Part shown: piece by piece, positions 1-13,515 of the stretch
Layout of the letters: every line of letters starts with the position of its first letter
Position numbering within the stretch: position 1 is the stretch's first letter
Source of the DNA: Syntrophorhabdaceae bacterium
Lineage (GTDB): Bacteria; Desulfobacterota; Syntrophorhabdia; Syntrophorhabdales; Syntrophorhabdaceae
Reading direction: 5' to 3'
Length of the DNA: 64,000 nucleotides
Assembly: GCA_963666485.2 (NCBI GenBank)
Contig: CAXXUO010000008.1
Span: 112,132-176,131 of the forward strand
Made by a program: the position numbers and the translations under genes
Notes under the pieces: model-generated
Databases searched by the model: none
What the model was told of the DNA's origin: nothing
Seen by the model: the letters and a program-made list of their open reading frames with translations, nothing else

Positions 1-1179
1 TCTCTTTCGGGCCTTCCACTCGGCCGAGAAATCCGCCATCTTCTCCCGGATAGACAGCGCACAGTTTATGGAATTCATGAGATATCCCGGGTCCTGTTTC
101 TTCAGGAAATAATACACGACCCCGTCGCCGATCCGTTTGCCGTAAATCCCATGGTATGCCTTGAAAGATTCTTCCAGTATCTTCCACATACTGTTTATCA
201 GCTCGAAATACTCCTCGGGTGGAAGCTCTGCACATATCCGGACCGAATTCTGCAGGTCCGCGACAAGAACGCTGAACGATACAAGGGTGGGCAGGCGCTG
301 CTGGAGCAGGTCACGGACCACGGTCTCGCGGTCTGACAGGAATTCCGCGATGCCCGATTGCGCCTTTTCCGCTTTTTGATAGAGGAAAAACATTCCCTCG
401 CGAAAGAATGTCGTGTACACCACGAATTTTTCCGCGTTGCCATTGGTCCCTTCTATATCGAGGTAATTTCTGTGTACTTTTTCCGGCAACACCCTCGGCG
501 CACGCTCATACACGGACTCGAGATACTGTGTTTCCCTTCCGGACATCCCTGTATACATCTGGCCCAGGTGTTCCTTGTCCATCTTCATACGATAGAAACC
601 CATATGGTATTCGACGACCCCTTCCCAATTCTTCACGAAATGATTGAATTCCCAGCTGAGGAACAGGCGAAAGACGTTCCGGAGCTCGACGTCCCTGATC
701 GAACGGATGGATTTGCCGAAAATTGTCTTCTCCGCGTGCTCGTTCACCCACTCTATCTCAAATTCATAATTGAGAAGGTAGGCGGGCGTCTTGATATCAT
801 CGAGTGTCAGGTTCAAGCTGTCATTCGTCATCTCAATGGGCCTCAGTCCTTTTTCAACGAGAAGTGAATTCGCAAAGCTGCGGCGGTCAGGTCCAAGATA
901 CACGGCCGGTCCGACTTCCTGTGCAATTGCGTCCATGGCCTTACCCTTCTCTTTGAGTTTCTTGATCTCCGTTATTGTGTCTAAGACAGTTTCCGGGAAG
1001 TAGCCGATCTTTTTCGTGCCTTTCAGGTCCTTCGATGCGTTCTTCACCAGCGGCTTCGGGATGATGCCCCTTTTGATGTAATTGTTCAGGGTTGCACGTG
1101 ATATCGCGGATCTCTTGAGAAGTTCCTTGCTGTCAATCCACTTGTGGCCGTTCAGTTCCCCCATGCCAAAAACCCCCAT
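1..1179 (-). CDS. MerR/excisionase-like HTH + PAS-like region + class III adenylate/guanylate cyclase; runs off the left edge (alternative start 1164)
   Basis: Manual translation (absent from the ORF track because no stop lies in the window). N-term WIDSKELLKRSAISRATLNNYIKRGIIPKP; C-term FSVLVADLQNSVRICAELPPEEYFELIN...YGKRIGDGVVYYF with both metal-binding Asp residues. Confidence 0.85.
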   Translation of the reverse strand, partial: MGVFGMGELNGHKWIDSKELLKRSAISRATLNNYIKRGIIPKPLVKNASKDLKGTKKIGYFPETVLDTITEIKKLKEKGKAMDAIAQEVGPAVYLGPDRRSFANSLLVEKGLRPIEMTNDSLNLTLDDIKTPAYLLNYEFEIEWVNEHAEKTIFGKSIRSIRDVELRNVFRLFLSWEFNHFVKNWEGVVEYHMGFYRMKMDKEHLGQMYTGMSGRETQYLESVYERAPRVLPEKVHRNYLDIEGTNGNAEKFVVYTTFFREGMFFLYQKAEKAQSGIAEFLSDRETVVRDLLQQRLPTLVSFSVLVADLQNSVRICAELPPEEYFELINSMWKILEESFKAYHGIYGKRIGDGVVYYFLKKQDPGYLMNSINCALSIREKMADFSAEWKARKR

Positions 1180-1212
1180 TTATCCCCAGCGCTGTCGATA
1201 CAATTTACATAA

Positions 1213-1259
1213 TTATACAGTCTAAATGAATTGTCAAGAAAAAAGTTATACAGTCTAAA
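1213..1259. promoter_or_regulatory. 14-bp direct repeat TTATACAGTCTAAA x2 in the promoter region of the HTH-cyclase gene
   Basis: Exact copies at 1213-1226 and 1246-1259 (33-bp period), interleaved with minus-strand TTGACA (1232-1237) and TATAAT (1212-1217). Confidence 0.6.
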
Positions 1260-1281
1260 ACTACCGTAAGACCCCAGCCGC

Positions 1282-1311
1282 CGTCATCCCGGTGCTTGAC
1301 ACCGGGATCCA
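1282..1311 (+). repeat. REP-like palindrome, left arm of a REPIN-like doublet interrupted by IS110
   Basis: CGTCATCCCGGTGCTTGACACCGGGATCCA has an internal hairpin and is the exact reverse complement of 2583-2612. Confidence 0.9.
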
Positions 1312-1373
1312 GTGTCTTTGTATTTATTTCTTGGATTCGGGTGTGCACTACTTGAAGGTGTCACGATAAATAA

Positions 1374-2549
<1,176 letters not shown>

Positions 2550-2582
2550 AGAAGAAATCAGTTGACATCGAACACAGTTGCT

Positions 2583-2612
2583 TGGATCCCGGTGTCAAGC
2601 ACCGGGATGACG
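2583..2612 (-). repeat. REP-like palindrome, right arm
   Basis: Perfect 30-bp inverted copy of 1282-1311. Confidence 0.9.
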
Positions 2613-2678
2613 AGACTGGTAAAGGTACAGGATAAAGCAGTTTGTCATTACGCCATCAGCCTCACTCCTAACCCCTAC

Positions 2679-2704
2679 AAAAAAGGCAGGCTATGAGCCT
2701 GCCT
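2679..2704 (-). terminator. Intrinsic terminator of etfBA
   Basis: AGGCAGGCT-atg-AGCCTGCCT 9-bp stem followed by a T-run on the minus strand. Confidence 0.8.
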
Positions 2705-2735
2705 CTCTTAGACACTATCAAACTTAATTACGCTT

Positions 2736-3716
2736 TCAGGATTCTTCCCGGACTCTTTTCAATTCTTCTTTCAATGCGGGGAGCACGGTGAAGACGTCGT
2801 CAACGATACCGTAATCCGCGTATTGAAATATGGGGGCGTTCGGGTCTTTATTTATGGCAACGATCACCTTCGAGGTGTCCATGCCCATGATGTGATGCAG
2901 TGCGCCGGAGATCCCGCAGCCGATATACAGTTTCGGGGAAACGGTCTTTCCGCTTTTCCCGATCTGGTCGTCATATTCTCTCCACTTGCTGTCGACAACC
3001 GTCCGGGATGCGCCGACGCGGCCTCCCATAAGATCTCCGATCTCCTCGAGCAGTGAGAAGTGCTCGGCAGCCTTCATTCCCCTGCCGCCGCAAATGATGA
3101 AGTCTGCCTCCTGGAGGTCGACCTTCTTCGATTCCGCCTTCGCAAGAGAAATGACCTTGATGCCGGGGTTTTTCTGAATGCTCGCCTTTTCTTCCACGAT
3201 CTCGCCAGGCGGGCCTGCTTCATTCACGGCGAAAGAGTTTGGCCTGAACGTTGCGATCAGCATCGCGTCGGAACGGGGGGCAACCCACGAGATCACCTTG
3301 CCGCCGTAAAGAGGTTTCTTTAACTTTATCCCATCGCTTGCGAGGTCGAGTCCCACCGCATCTGAGACCATGGCTGTCTGAAAACGTGCTGCGATCCTCG
3401 GGAAAAGGTCCTTGCCCGTCATGGACGACGTGCCGAGAACGATCGCGGGTTCATATTTTTTCAACATCTCCTCGAGAACGGAGCTCGTCAGGTCCCAGCC
3501 GTAATCGGCCAGTGCCCCGTCATCGACAACGATCGTCTTGTCGCAATAACCGCTCACAACCCCGGCCACGTTCTTCACGTCCGATCCTATGACGACCCCC
3601 AGGAGGGAGGACGACAATTTCCCGGCGACCTGCCGGCCTGCGGACAACAATTCCAGCGACGCCTTCCTCGGCATCGCGTCTTTATATTCAACAAATACCA
3701 GAACATCCTTGCTCAT
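2736..3716 (-). CDS. etfA: Electron transfer flavoprotein alpha subunit
   Basis: GGRG, GASR, QIGKSGKTVSPKLYIGCGISGALHH, AINKDPNAPIF motifs. Confidence 0.95.
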   Translation of the reverse strand: MSKDVLVFVEYKDAMPRKASLELLSAGRQVAGKLSSSLLGVVIGSDVKNVAGVVSGYCDKTIVVDDGALADYGWDLTSSVLEEMLKKYEPAIVLGTSSMTGKDLFPRIAARFQTAMVSDAVGLDLASDGIKLKKPLYGGKVISWVAPRSDAMLIATFRPNSFAVNEAGPPGEIVEEKASIQKNPGIKVISLAKAESKKVDLQEADFIICGGRGMKAAEHFSLLEEIGDLMGGRVGASRTVVDSKWREYDDQIGKSGKTVSPKLYIGCGISGALHHIMGMDTSKVIVAINKDPNAPIFQYADYGIVDDVFTVLPALKEELKRVREES

Positions 3717-3731
3717 GGTGAACCCTCCTCC

Positions 3732-4523
3732 TTACAGGACCTTTGCCTCGTCTTTCAGTGCTTTCACGAGGCCCTTCGCCTTCTCCTCGGGGGTTAGCCC
3801 GTCTATGATGTGCACCTCGGGTCTTTTGGCCGGCAATTCGTAGGAAAGCACCTCGACCCGGGACGATCCGTTGTCTATCGGTCCAAAGGGTGTACCGAGC
3901 GAGGCGGGATCGATGACGGCTATTTCTGTTTTCATCGCCTTCATCACCCCCGTGATAAGCGGGACCCTGGGTTCATTAAGGCCCTTCTGCGCGGTAAAGA
4001 GCGCCGGCAGCGTAATTTCCGAGACTTTCCTGCCGCCTTCTATCTCGTTTTCCACCTCGGCCTTCGCCGCATCGAGCATGGTCAGCTTGCTTATCTGGCT
4101 GACGTGGGAAATACCGAGAAATTCGGCCGCCATTGCCCCCACGTTGGCGCTCTCATCGTCCATCGCCTGCCGTCCGCACAGGATCAGGCCGAAGCCTTCA
4201 CTCTTTGCGTAGGACGCCAGGATGCGGGCAATAATAAGCGGGTCATCCGTTTCGAAATTCGAACTGTCGATACGGACGGCCCTGTCGGCACCCATCGCTA
4301 TCGTCGTTCTCAAGGCTTCCGTGGCCCTTGCCGGTGCAAAGGTACATACCGTGATCTGAACATCTTTGAGCGCCTCTTTTATCCGTATCGCCTCTTCAAC
4401 GGCAAATTCGTCGAAGAAATTCACGACATACTTGTTTTCGATCTCAAGGCTTTTCTGATCGGAGCTTATGATTATCCGGGCTTCCGTATCGGCAACCTGT
4501 TTGACAAACACCAGAACATTCAC
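3732..4523 (-). CDS. etfB: Electron transfer flavoprotein beta subunit
   Basis: VFVKQVAD, DEFAVEEA, AMGAD, GRQAMD, NEPR; GTG start at 4523 after GGAGG. Confidence 0.95.
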   Translation of the reverse strand: MNVLVFVKQVADTEARIIISSDQKSLEIENKYVVNFFDEFAVEEAIRIKEALKDVQITVCTFAPARATEALRTTIAMGADRAVRIDSSNFETDDPLIIARILASYAKSEGFGLILCGRQAMDDESANVGAMAAEFLGISHVSQISKLTMLDAAKAEVENEIEGGRKVSEITLPALFTAQKGLNEPRVPLITGVMKAMKTEIAVIDPASLGTPFGPIDNGSSRVEVLSYELPAKRPEVHIIDGLTPEEKAKGLVKALKDEAKVL

Positions 4524-4789
4524 GTCTTCACGCCTCCTTTGGCTCCTGATATGGTCCAATAAACTTAACTAAAAGAAATGACCGGTCTTAAGGCAGGGAA
4601 ACAGCTACTATGGTAAATGTACCAAAACCCTTTTTTTATCCTGAATTTACCTTCAAAATAACCGGGCCGGAATTTTGGATAAATTATTTTACCGTACCCG
4701 TTTTGTCAAGAAAAAATTGATGGCAAACAGGCCTGAAAGGCGATGTCAGTATTTGAATTTATTTAACTTTTGCTGTCTACGTTCTCAGT

Positions 4790-6334
4790 CTACAGATCGA
4801 CAAATGAACGCAGCAGCTTGGCCCTCATCGGGTGCCTCAGTTTCTTCAAGGCCTTTGCCTCGATCTGGCGTATCCGTTCCCGGGTCACCTCAAAGACCTG
4901 CCCCACTTCCTCGAGCGTATGGTCCTGTCTCTCGCCCAATCCGAAACGCATCCGGACGACCCTCTCTTCCCTCGGTGACAGCGTCGAGAGAATATTGTTG
5001 AGATTATTGACCAGGTCATCGTAAATGGCCGAATCCTGGGGGGTCAGGACGTTCTTGTCCTCGATAAAATCAGCGAGATGCGTGTCTTCGTCATCATTGA
5101 TCGGCGTCTCGAGCGAGATAGGCTCTTTTGTGATCCTCAGGACCCGCCGCACCTTTTCCGATGAGAAGCCTATCCTGTCCGCGATCTCGTCAGGGTACGG
5201 TTCCCTTCCTAGTTCCTGCACGAGCCCCCGGGACACCCGGATGATCTTGTTGATCGTTTCGATCATATGCACCGGGATGCGGATGGTCCGGGCCTGGTCC
5301 GCTATCGCCCGCGTGATAGACTGACGGATCCACCAGGTCGCATAGGTGCTGAACTTGTAGCCGCGTTTGTACTCAAACCTGTCCACCGCTTTCATGAGCC
5401 CGATGTTGCCTTCCTGGATAAGGTCGAGAAGCGACAGGCCCCTGTTGATATACCTTTTCGCAATGCTCACGACGAGCCGCAGGTTGGCCTTGACAAGCTC
5501 GTTCTTGGCCCCCGCAAAGTCAAGCTCCGCCGTCTCGATGCGCTTCAAGGACTGCCTGAGAGCCTTGGACGATATTCCGATCTCGTCCTCCAGTCTCGTC
5601 TTTCTGTTCATCAGGGCCGCGAGGTGCCTCTTGTTCCCGGCTTCTTTCAATTTCTTGTACCGGGCTATCTCTGCCTCGATCTTTTCGATGCGCTCCACAT
5701 ACCGCTTCATACGCATGATTATCTTTTCGGTGATCTTTTTGCTCAGGTTGATCTCCGTGATTATCTTCTGCATTTCCTTGCTGTGGCCCTCTTTACGGGC
5801 ATTCTTGATCTTTGAATGTTCATCCTTGAGCTTCTCAAGCAGTGAAATGACCCGGTCTCTCTGGAATTCAAGCTCCGTGTCGCCTTCCTCGTCATCATCC
5901 GCTTCGATCGTGATGTCCTTGACCGCCGCCTTCGATGTCTTGAGGGCCATCAGTGCGTTCAGTAATTCCTTTACCGTTCCGGGAAAAGACAGGAGGACCT
6001 GTTTTATATCCTCCTTCGCTTCTTCCATAAGGCGTGCTATCTCCTTCTCGCCCTCCCGGGTAAGAAGTGCCATGCTGCCCATTTCCTTGATGTAGTGACG
6101 GATCGGATTGATCAGATCGTCGTCGTACACCTCATCAAGGTCCCCCTCCAGAACCTCGTCAGCTTCTACGTTTTCCCCGGTTTCCAGCGTCTCCTGGTGC
6201 TCGATCTCGAAAAGATCGATGTCATCGAGGATATTGCTGGGTTTTTCCCCCCGGGATATGAAAGCGTAGAGCTCCCCATTTTCGAGGTTCTCTTCATAAG
6301 GATAAAATCTCCTTACTTTTTCAGGCATGTCCAC
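4790..6334 (-). CDS. rpoD: RNA polymerase primary sigma factor (sigma70)
   Basis: [58 protein letters not shown]; follows dnaG. Confidence 0.95.
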   Translation of the reverse strand: MDMPEKVRRFYPYEENLENGELYAFISRGEKPSNILDDIDLFEIEHQETLETGENVEADEVLEGDLDEVYDDDLINPIRHYIKEMGSMALLTREGEKEIARLMEEAKEDIKQVLLSFPGTVKELLNALMALKTSKAAVKDITIEADDDEEGDTELEFQRDRVISLLEKLKDEHSKIKNARKEGHSKEMQKIITEINLSKKITEKIIMRMKRYVERIEKIEAEIARYKKLKEAGNKRHLAALMNRKTRLEDEIGISSKALRQSLKRIETAELDFAGAKNELVKANLRLVVSIAKRYINRGLSLLDLIQEGNIGLMKAVDRFEYKRGYKFSTYATWWIRQSITRAIADQARTIRIPVHMIETINKIIRVSRGLVQELGREPYPDEIADRIGFSSEKVRRVLRITKEPISLETPINDDEDTHLADFIEDKNVLTPQDSAIYDDLVNNLNNILSTLSPREERVVRMRFGLGERQDHTLEEVGQVFEVTRERIRQIEAKALKKLRHPMRAKLLRSFVDL

Positions 6335-6338
6335 CTCT

Positions 6339-8051
6339 CTATAAAAAATTATTTTTTATATGCGCCAATACCTGCTTCTTTTGTTCCATGAGTTCCGTAA
6401 TTGCCGCGGCGTCCCCCTTCGTCTCCGCTTCGGCAAGCTTCTCGGTGATCTTTTTTGACTTGTCCCTGAAAAACTGACGTTCAATGTGCCTGAAATAATC
6501 CAGGAAGACCTTTTCGGGTTCGTCGGCATCTTCAGGGATACGGTCAAACGCTGCGTCGAGGACAAGCGCCTTCAAGTCCTCTTTATCCAGTACATCAATG
6601 AAATCCCGTACGTTGAGCGTGTTGCCGCGTTCAAACCAGGTCAGCATCTTTGCCATTATTTCCCGGACATCCGCATTTTTTATGTATTCCAATTCCTCCT
6701 TTCCGTGTAAGTGCTGGAGCAGTTCGGGACGGGCAATGCAGGCATTGATGACCTTTTTTTCGATAACGGCCTTTGCCGTATCCGTCTTTTCGGTCCCGCT
6801 AACGGCCCCGTATATCTTTTTGGGAGCAAAATGCTCCTCTTCAACCCCGGTCAATTGGGAAAGACGTTTTATATATAACTGCCGTTTGATCGTGTCCCTG
6901 ATCGCTTCGATATGAGGCATGACCTGTTTTATAAAGACCTGTTTTCCCCGGACGGTGGAAAGTGCCTCTTTGTCCGAATACTGGTCGAAGTAAAAATCGA
7001 GGACCGGTTTCTTGCTCTTCAGGATCTCCTGCAATGCCCCGGCACCTTTTTCCCGGACAAAGCTGTCGGGGTCGTGGCCTTCGGGCAGAACGACCATCAT
7101 ACCGTTCACGTCCATCTCCGCAAAAAGCCCGATGAGCCTCAGTGCACTCTTTATCCCGGCAGGGTCGCCGTCAAGCATGAGCGTGATATTCTCCGTGTAG
7201 TTCCGCAATTTCCCGATCTGCCCCTCGGTCACGGATGTCCCGAGCGTGGAGACCGCGTTCTTTATACCTGCCCGGTAGAGGCCTATCAGGTCGAAATACC
7301 CCTCGACAATGAAGACCTCGTCCGCATCGGCAATATATCTCTTTGTCCGGTCGATGCCGAACAGCGAATTGCGTTTCGAGAATACGGAGGATTCGGGTGA
7401 ATTGACATACTTCGGCAGCCCGTCTTTCTCTAATGTCCTTCCGCCAAAACCGATCACCCTTTTATTGACATCTATGATGGGAATGACGACGCGCCCGCTG
7501 AACATGTCGTAGAATTGATTTTCCTTGACCCTGACGATGCCGGTAGAGAGAAAGACATCAACAGGTACCCCCGTGCTGTTCAGGGCCGCCTTGAGACCGT
7601 CGCGCGACCGGGGACTGTACCCGATCCGGAATTCCTCGATGATATCGCCGGAGATGCCCCTTTTTTCGAGGTATTCCCGTGAGGCGGCACTTGCCCTAAG
7701 ACCCTTCTGATAATACTCACACAGCCGCTCCAGGGCGTCGTAATGGCCCGCTTTTCTCCTGTCGCCTTTCCTTTCCACCTCTATGCCGTATTCGCGGCCG
7801 AGGTGCTCCAAGGCCTCGACAAACGTGAGGTTCTCGTATTTCATGATGAAACTGATCGCGTTGCCGCCTTCCCTGCAGCCAAAGCAATAGAATATCTGCT
7901 TTTCGTGGCTTACCGTGAATGAGGGGGTCTTCTCCCTGTGAAAAGGGCACAGGCCCATGAAATCCTTACCGGCTTTCCTCAATTTTACATATTGTGATAC
8001 GACGTCGACTATGTTGACCTTCTGGAGAAGTTCATCGACCGACGCCTTCAT
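6339..8051 (-). CDS. dnaG: DNA primase
   Basis: CPFH...CFGC zinc finger; [22 protein letters not shown] motifs. Confidence 0.97.
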   Translation of the reverse strand: MKASVDELLQKVNIVDVVSQYVKLRKAGKDFMGLCPFHREKTPSFTVSHEKQIFYCFGCREGGNAISFIMKYENLTFVEALEHLGREYGIEVERKGDRRKAGHYDALERLCEYYQKGLRASAASREYLEKRGISGDIIEEFRIGYSPRSRDGLKAALNSTGVPVDVFLSTGIVRVKENQFYDMFSGRVVIPIIDVNKRVIGFGGRTLEKDGLPKYVNSPESSVFSKRNSLFGIDRTKRYIADADEVFIVEGYFDLIGLYRAGIKNAVSTLGTSVTEGQIGKLRNYTENITLMLDGDPAGIKSALRLIGLFAEMDVNGMMVVLPEGHDPDSFVREKGAGALQEILKSKKPVLDFYFDQYSDKEALSTVRGKQVFIKQVMPHIEAIRDTIKRQLYIKRLSQLTGVEEEHFAPKKIYGAVSGTEKTDTAKAVIEKKVINACIARPELLQHLHGKEELEYIKNADVREIMAKMLTWFERGNTLNVRDFIDVLDKEDLKALVLDAAFDRIPEDADEPEKVFLDYFRHIERQFFRDKSKKITEKLAEAETKGDAAAITELMEQKKQVLAHIKNNFL

Positions 8052-10351
8052 GCGAACTCCACGACTGTAACCCCCGCGTTGCGTTCATCTGCGTGAAACG
8101 CCTTTACGTACGGCGTATCGGAAAGCCTTTCCCTGACTGCCTGCATGAGCCTTCCCGTCCCCACACCGTGGACCACCTTCACGCCGGACACACCCTGAAC
8201 CACTGCCCTGTCGATAAACTGGTCGAGCCTTTTCACGGCCTCCTCGACACGCAGACCGACGATGTTGAGCTCAGGCGCCCCAATGGGTTCCACGGTTATT
8301 TGGGTGTTATCTTTCGATACCCTTTTTGGACCTTCGATCGCCCGGGTGATGAACATCCGTTTCAGCTTCGTTCTTACGTTGCCAACGGCAACTTCGAAAA
8401 CATTACCCTCTTTGTCGATGTCTACGACATATCCTTTGCTTCCGAGAGTCTTCACCAGAACGTAGTCGCCTATTCGGATCTCCTCCCTGGCCTCCTTAGC
8501 TGGTCCCCCAACCTTTTCCCTCAAGGAACGAATTCGTTCCTTACTCTTTGTTATAGACGTTCTTTCTCTTTTTGCAACATCTTTTTTTATAAATTCTATC
8601 TCGATCTCCAGCTGGAGCAGCTTTTCCTGGCACTTCTCTTCCCATTTCCGGGTATATTCGTCCTTCTTTTCGCGGATGAGTTTGAGGCGTTCACGCGCCT
8701 CTTCCTTCAATTTTTTGAGCTCCAGGCGCTCTTTTTGCGCCTTTGCCGTCTCTTTTTCCAGGCTCGTGATCAGGTCGTTGAGTAAAAATTCCTGTTCGTT
8801 GAGATATGTATAGCTTTTTTCGATTATCGCCTGCGGTACGTTGATGTTCTTCGCAACGTTTATCGCGTTGGAATACCCGGCAGTGCCGTAGACGAGCTGG
8901 TACAGGGGCTTCATGTTCTGCGAATCAAAGGATGTGGCCACGTTGAGCGCGAAATCCTTCATGTAGCCGTATGCCTTGATCAGGTTGAGGTGCGTTGTCA
9001 CGACCATCCGGCACCCTTTCTCGACAAAGGCATCCATCACGCCCATTGCAAGGGCGGAAGCCTCCTGCGGCTCCGTATTCCCGCCTATTTCGTCGATGAG
9101 AACGAGCTCGTCTCCGCGCGCGCTGAGATAGAGGTCCTTTATCGCGTACATGTGCGCGGTGAAACTCGAAAGCTCCATCGCGATATCCTGCTCGTCCCCG
9201 ATGAGGGCAAATATGTTGGAAAAGAGGGGTATGACAGGCTTTTCCGTCGCGGGGACGAAAAGGCCCGTCTTCGCCATGAGCGACAAGAGGCCGATCGTTT
9301 TCAGCGCTGCCGTCTTCCCTCCCGCATTCGGGCCGCTGATGATCATGACCTTCTCTTTTTCCTTCATGACGATATCTATCGGTACGGCATCATTCTTTTT
9401 CGACAGAGATATGAAAGGATTGACGGCCTTCTTTATCTCCATCATCCCTTTCGTCGTCACCTCGGGCCTGACGCACTTGAACTCGTGGCAGAAAAGGGCC
9501 ATGGCATGATAGAGATCGAGCTCGCCAAGGAGCTCGATATTCCGCGTGAGCTGGTCCCTGAACCCGCGCGCAAAATCTGTCAGTTCGTGAAGGATCCTCT
9601 TTTCTTCTTCCTTCTCTTCGTTGACGAGAATGTTGATGCTGTTGTTGAGCTCGACGCATTCGACCGGTTCGACAAAAGATGTCTTCAGTGAATGCGAATA
9701 ATCATGGACGATACCCTGGATAGCCTCATTGAAATTGGGCTTCAACGGGATGACGTACCTGTTGTTCCTCAAGGATATATACTCGTCCTGGATGATCGGC
9801 CGCACCGATTCCCGGCCCATTATCCGGTCAAGCTGCTTCTTGATCTTTTCCCTGTTCTGGAAAAGCTCTGACCGTATGCGCGACAGGTCATATGACGCAC
9901 TGTCCTCGAGATATCCCTCGATATTGACGGAACGGGTGATCTTTTTCTGCAGGGCGGAGAGCTTGTCGAGGCCCGCAATGAGGGTCTCGATGTATTCCCT
10001 CTTCTTGAAGGCCCGCGTGAGGAAAGACGCAGTGTCGGAACACGACCTGATAAAACCGGTCAGTGTCAGGAACTCCGAGGATTCGAGGACGGAATCCCTG
10101 ATGCCTATTCTTTGAACGATCGGTGTGACGTCGGGGACGTCGCCAAACGGTATCCTGCCGTCCCACTTGATCACGTCCATGACCGCCTCGATCCTGTCGT
10201 GGCGCGTACGTATCTCGTCGATATCATCGAGCGGGCGGAACGAGAGCAGTTCGTTTCTCGAAAAGGGTGTTTCAGAATATGTGAGGATTACGTCGCGGAG
10301 CTTGAGATAATCGAGGTATGATAAAGTCTTATCGACCATACCGGCTTTCAA
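8048..10351 (-). CDS. mutS2: Endonuclease MutS2 (start may be ATG 10339)
   Basis: SGPNAGGKT, IGDEQ...LSSFTAH, LIDEIG, TTH; C-terminal Smr domain VHGVGTGRL. Confidence 0.93.
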   Translation of the reverse strand: MKAGMVDKTLSYLDYLKLRDVILTYSETPFSRNELLSFRPLDDIDEIRTRHDRIEAVMDVIKWDGRIPFGDVPDVTPIVQRIGIRDSVLESSEFLTLTGFIRSCSDTASFLTRAFKKREYIETLIAGLDKLSALQKKITRSVNIEGYLEDSASYDLSRIRSELFQNREKIKKQLDRIMGRESVRPIIQDEYISLRNNRYVIPLKPNFNEAIQGIVHDYSHSLKTSFVEPVECVELNNSINILVNEEKEEEKRILHELTDFARGFRDQLTRNIELLGELDLYHAMALFCHEFKCVRPEVTTKGMMEIKKAVNPFISLSKKNDAVPIDIVMKEKEKVMIISGPNAGGKTAALKTIGLLSLMAKTGLFVPATEKPVIPLFSNIFALIGDEQDIAMELSSFTAHMYAIKDLYLSARGDELVLIDEIGGNTEPQEASALAMGVMDAFVEKGCRMVVTTHLNLIKAYGYMKDFALNVATSFDSQNMKPLYQLVYGTAGYSNAINVAKNINVPQAIIEKSYTYLNEQEFLLNDLITSLEKETAKAQKERLELKKLKEEARERLKLIREKKDEYTRKWEEKCQEKLLQLEIEIEFIKKDVAKRERTSITKSKERIRSLREKVGGPAKEAREEIRIGDYVLVKTLGSKGYVVDIDKEGNVFEVAVGNVRTKLKRMFITRAIEGPKRVSKDNTQITVEPIGAPELNIVGLRVEEAVKRLDQFIDRAVVQGVSGVKVVHGVGTGRLMQAVRERLSDTPYVKAFHADERNAGVTVVEFA

Positions 10352-10360
10352 CTGTCGTTA

Positions 10361-10806
10361 TCATGATGACAGTCTTTTAAGCACCATTGCACTTAACAAT
10401 TTTCCTTCAATCCTCCCGGGGAACTTGTCCATGAGGAATTTAATGACCTTGCCCATCTCTTTGCGGTCTTTCGCACCGGTAGCGGCTATAGCGTCCTCGA
10501 TCTCTTTCGTGATCTCGTCCTCAGTTAATTGAGAGGGCTGGAACTCCTTCAGGATTTCCAGCTCCTTCTCTTCTTTTTCCGCAAGTTCTAAACGCTGACC
10601 TTTTTGAAGCTTTCGATGGAGTCGTTGTGCTGCTTTATCGATGTCTTGATGAGGGCGAAAAACTCTTCGTCCGTCAGAGGCCTGATCTTCTCTACTTCCT
10701 TGTTCTTGATAGCGGCAAGGAGCATCCTGAAAACGGACACCCGGATGGCGTCCCTTTTCTTCAAAGCCTCTTTCAAACCATTTTCAATTGTGGATCGATA
10801 GTCCAT
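10361..10806 (-). CDS. GatB/YqeY domain protein; one apparent 1-nt deletion in the A-run near 10600
   Basis: RMLLAAIKNKEVEK...SIESFKK continues as GQRLELAEKEKKELEILKEFQPSQL in another frame to TGA at 10361; follows rpsU. Confidence 0.85.
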
Positions 10807-10812
10807 CTATTC

Positions 10813-11022
10813 CTAGTAAAGACCTTTGTCCATGGTTCTCTTGAGTTTTTTCAGAGCTCTCTTCTTGGCAGCGAGAATTTTCTTTTTTCTCTTTACGCTG
10901 GGTTTTTCGTAGTGTTCTCTTTTTTTGATCTCGGAGAGAATCCCGGTTTTTTCACACTGCTTCTTAAACCTTTTGAGGGCGCTCTCGAAGGATTCACCTT
11001 CTCTTATAATAACTGCTGGCAT
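10813..11022 (-). CDS. rpsU: 30S ribosomal protein S21
   Basis: [39 protein letters not shown]. Confidence 0.97.
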   Translation of the reverse strand: MPAVIIREGESFESALKRFKKQCEKTGILSEIKKREHYEKPSVKRKKKILAAKKRALKKLKRTMDKGLY

Positions 11023-11167
11023 CCATTCTTCCCTCCCTCCGTAGGTCCGTTAGATTTAAAGCTCCATATTAAAACCGAAAAATCGGCCAAAGTCAACAGG
11101 TTTTAGCGGTTTTAACGTTGGTATTCGTCGATCGACGGATAAGATAAGCTCAAGTTCGTTGTTATTC

Positions 11168-11854
11168 TTAACCCTTCTTCAGAACAGTCCCGTCTTTATA
11201 CGCAAACATCGTATCTTTCTGGTGCTGTGCCACGACGGTCCGGAGGCTGTCTATCCTGTTGCGCCAGCCCTTCAAATATTTCGCATATACCTGCGGTTTC
11301 CCGACGGCCAGCCTGACGTAGCGCTTCTCCCGCATGTCGAGGTAATTATCGATGTCGCCGCCCGATCTCTGCAATATCTTCTGCGCGGCTGCCGGGCTGT
11401 TGACATACGTGTCAAAATGGACGATGCACAGGGGATATGGCAGGGAACCTGCCCCCGACCTGTCCCAGATCTTCCGGTAGATGGCCTCTACCTGGTCCGG
11501 GCGGATGTTCTTGATATTTCCCTGGTATCCGAAGGCCCGGGCGGTCGACTGGAGTATGCCATAGCGCGAGGCTCCTTTTCCTGCGTCCTCCCTGACAAGC
11601 CTGCTCCCTTCTTTCTTGAGGACGAAATCGAGGCATTTCCGAAAAAGTGCATTTTCATCGGGCTTGACCGCCTCGGCCGGCGCAGCCGGTGATGTTGCGG
11701 CACTGAAGGTTGCCGGCCGGTCATTGACGAGCTGGAGGAGGGTCTGCTCGAAACCTGATGCCTGCGGGTTGACGGTAAAATTTTCCGGGTTTCTCCGAAG
11801 GCCCTGTGTGTACCGATACAGTGCAGTTTGGGATATATCGAGATCGGTAGCCAT
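11168..11854 (-). CDS. Putative glycoside hydrolase family 108 (lysozyme-like) protein with low-complexity N-terminus
   Basis: FRKCLDFVLKKEG...D.G.GASRYGI...IYRKIWD...FDTYVNS...YLKGWRNRI pattern. Confidence 0.75.
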   Translation of the reverse strand: MATDLDISQTALYRYTQGLRRNPENFTVNPQASGFEQTLLQLVNDRPATFSAATSPAAPAEAVKPDENALFRKCLDFVLKKEGSRLVREDAGKGASRYGILQSTARAFGYQGNIKNIRPDQVEAIYRKIWDRSGAGSLPYPLCIVHFDTYVNSPAAAQKILQRSGGDIDNYLDMREKRYVRLAVGKPQVYAKYLKGWRNRIDSLRTVVAQHQKDTMFAYKDGTVLKKG

Positions 11855-11867
11855 GATGGGGCTATAT

Positions 11868-11883
11868 TGCAACAGTTATGCCA
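11868..11883 (-). promoter_or_regulatory. Sigma54 (-24/-12) promoter
   Basis: Minus strand reads TGGCAT-AACTG-TTGCA just upstream of the GH108-like gene. Confidence 0.75.
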
Positions 11884-11972
11884 TCTCTTGTTTATAAAGG
11901 TCCTACAAAAGGGAGGGGCAATACGTGTGCCCGAACGGGGCCAAAGCTGTCAGAATACTGACAGGCTTAAGA

Positions 11973-13304
<1,332 letters not shown>

Positions 13305-13342
13305 CTATCGTACAATGGGGGATAAATCAAGAAGATAAAAAA

Positions 13343-13415
13343 AGGCGTAAGGCGTGAGAGCGTAAGGCGTAAGGCGTAAAAGAAACGGCGTACGGCGTAC
13401 GGCGTACGGCTGACG
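13343..13415 (+). repeat. Heptamer tandem repeats (AGGCGTA/CGGCGTA)n
   Basis: About nine degenerate 7-bp units in two blocks. Confidence 0.85.
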
Positions 13416-13515
13416 GGTAAATATCGCGACATCGTGGGCTGGTGTTTGTGCCGCAATAACATGCACTAAAAAAACACCCGGATATAGCGAACGAGGATAT
13501 ACCACGACAACCCGT

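Noticed and set aside
4721..4750. GGCAAAC...GAAAGG resembling a c-di-GMP-I riboswitch
   Set aside because: The second stem and the GACGCAAAG-type segment are absent, and it faces away from etfB.
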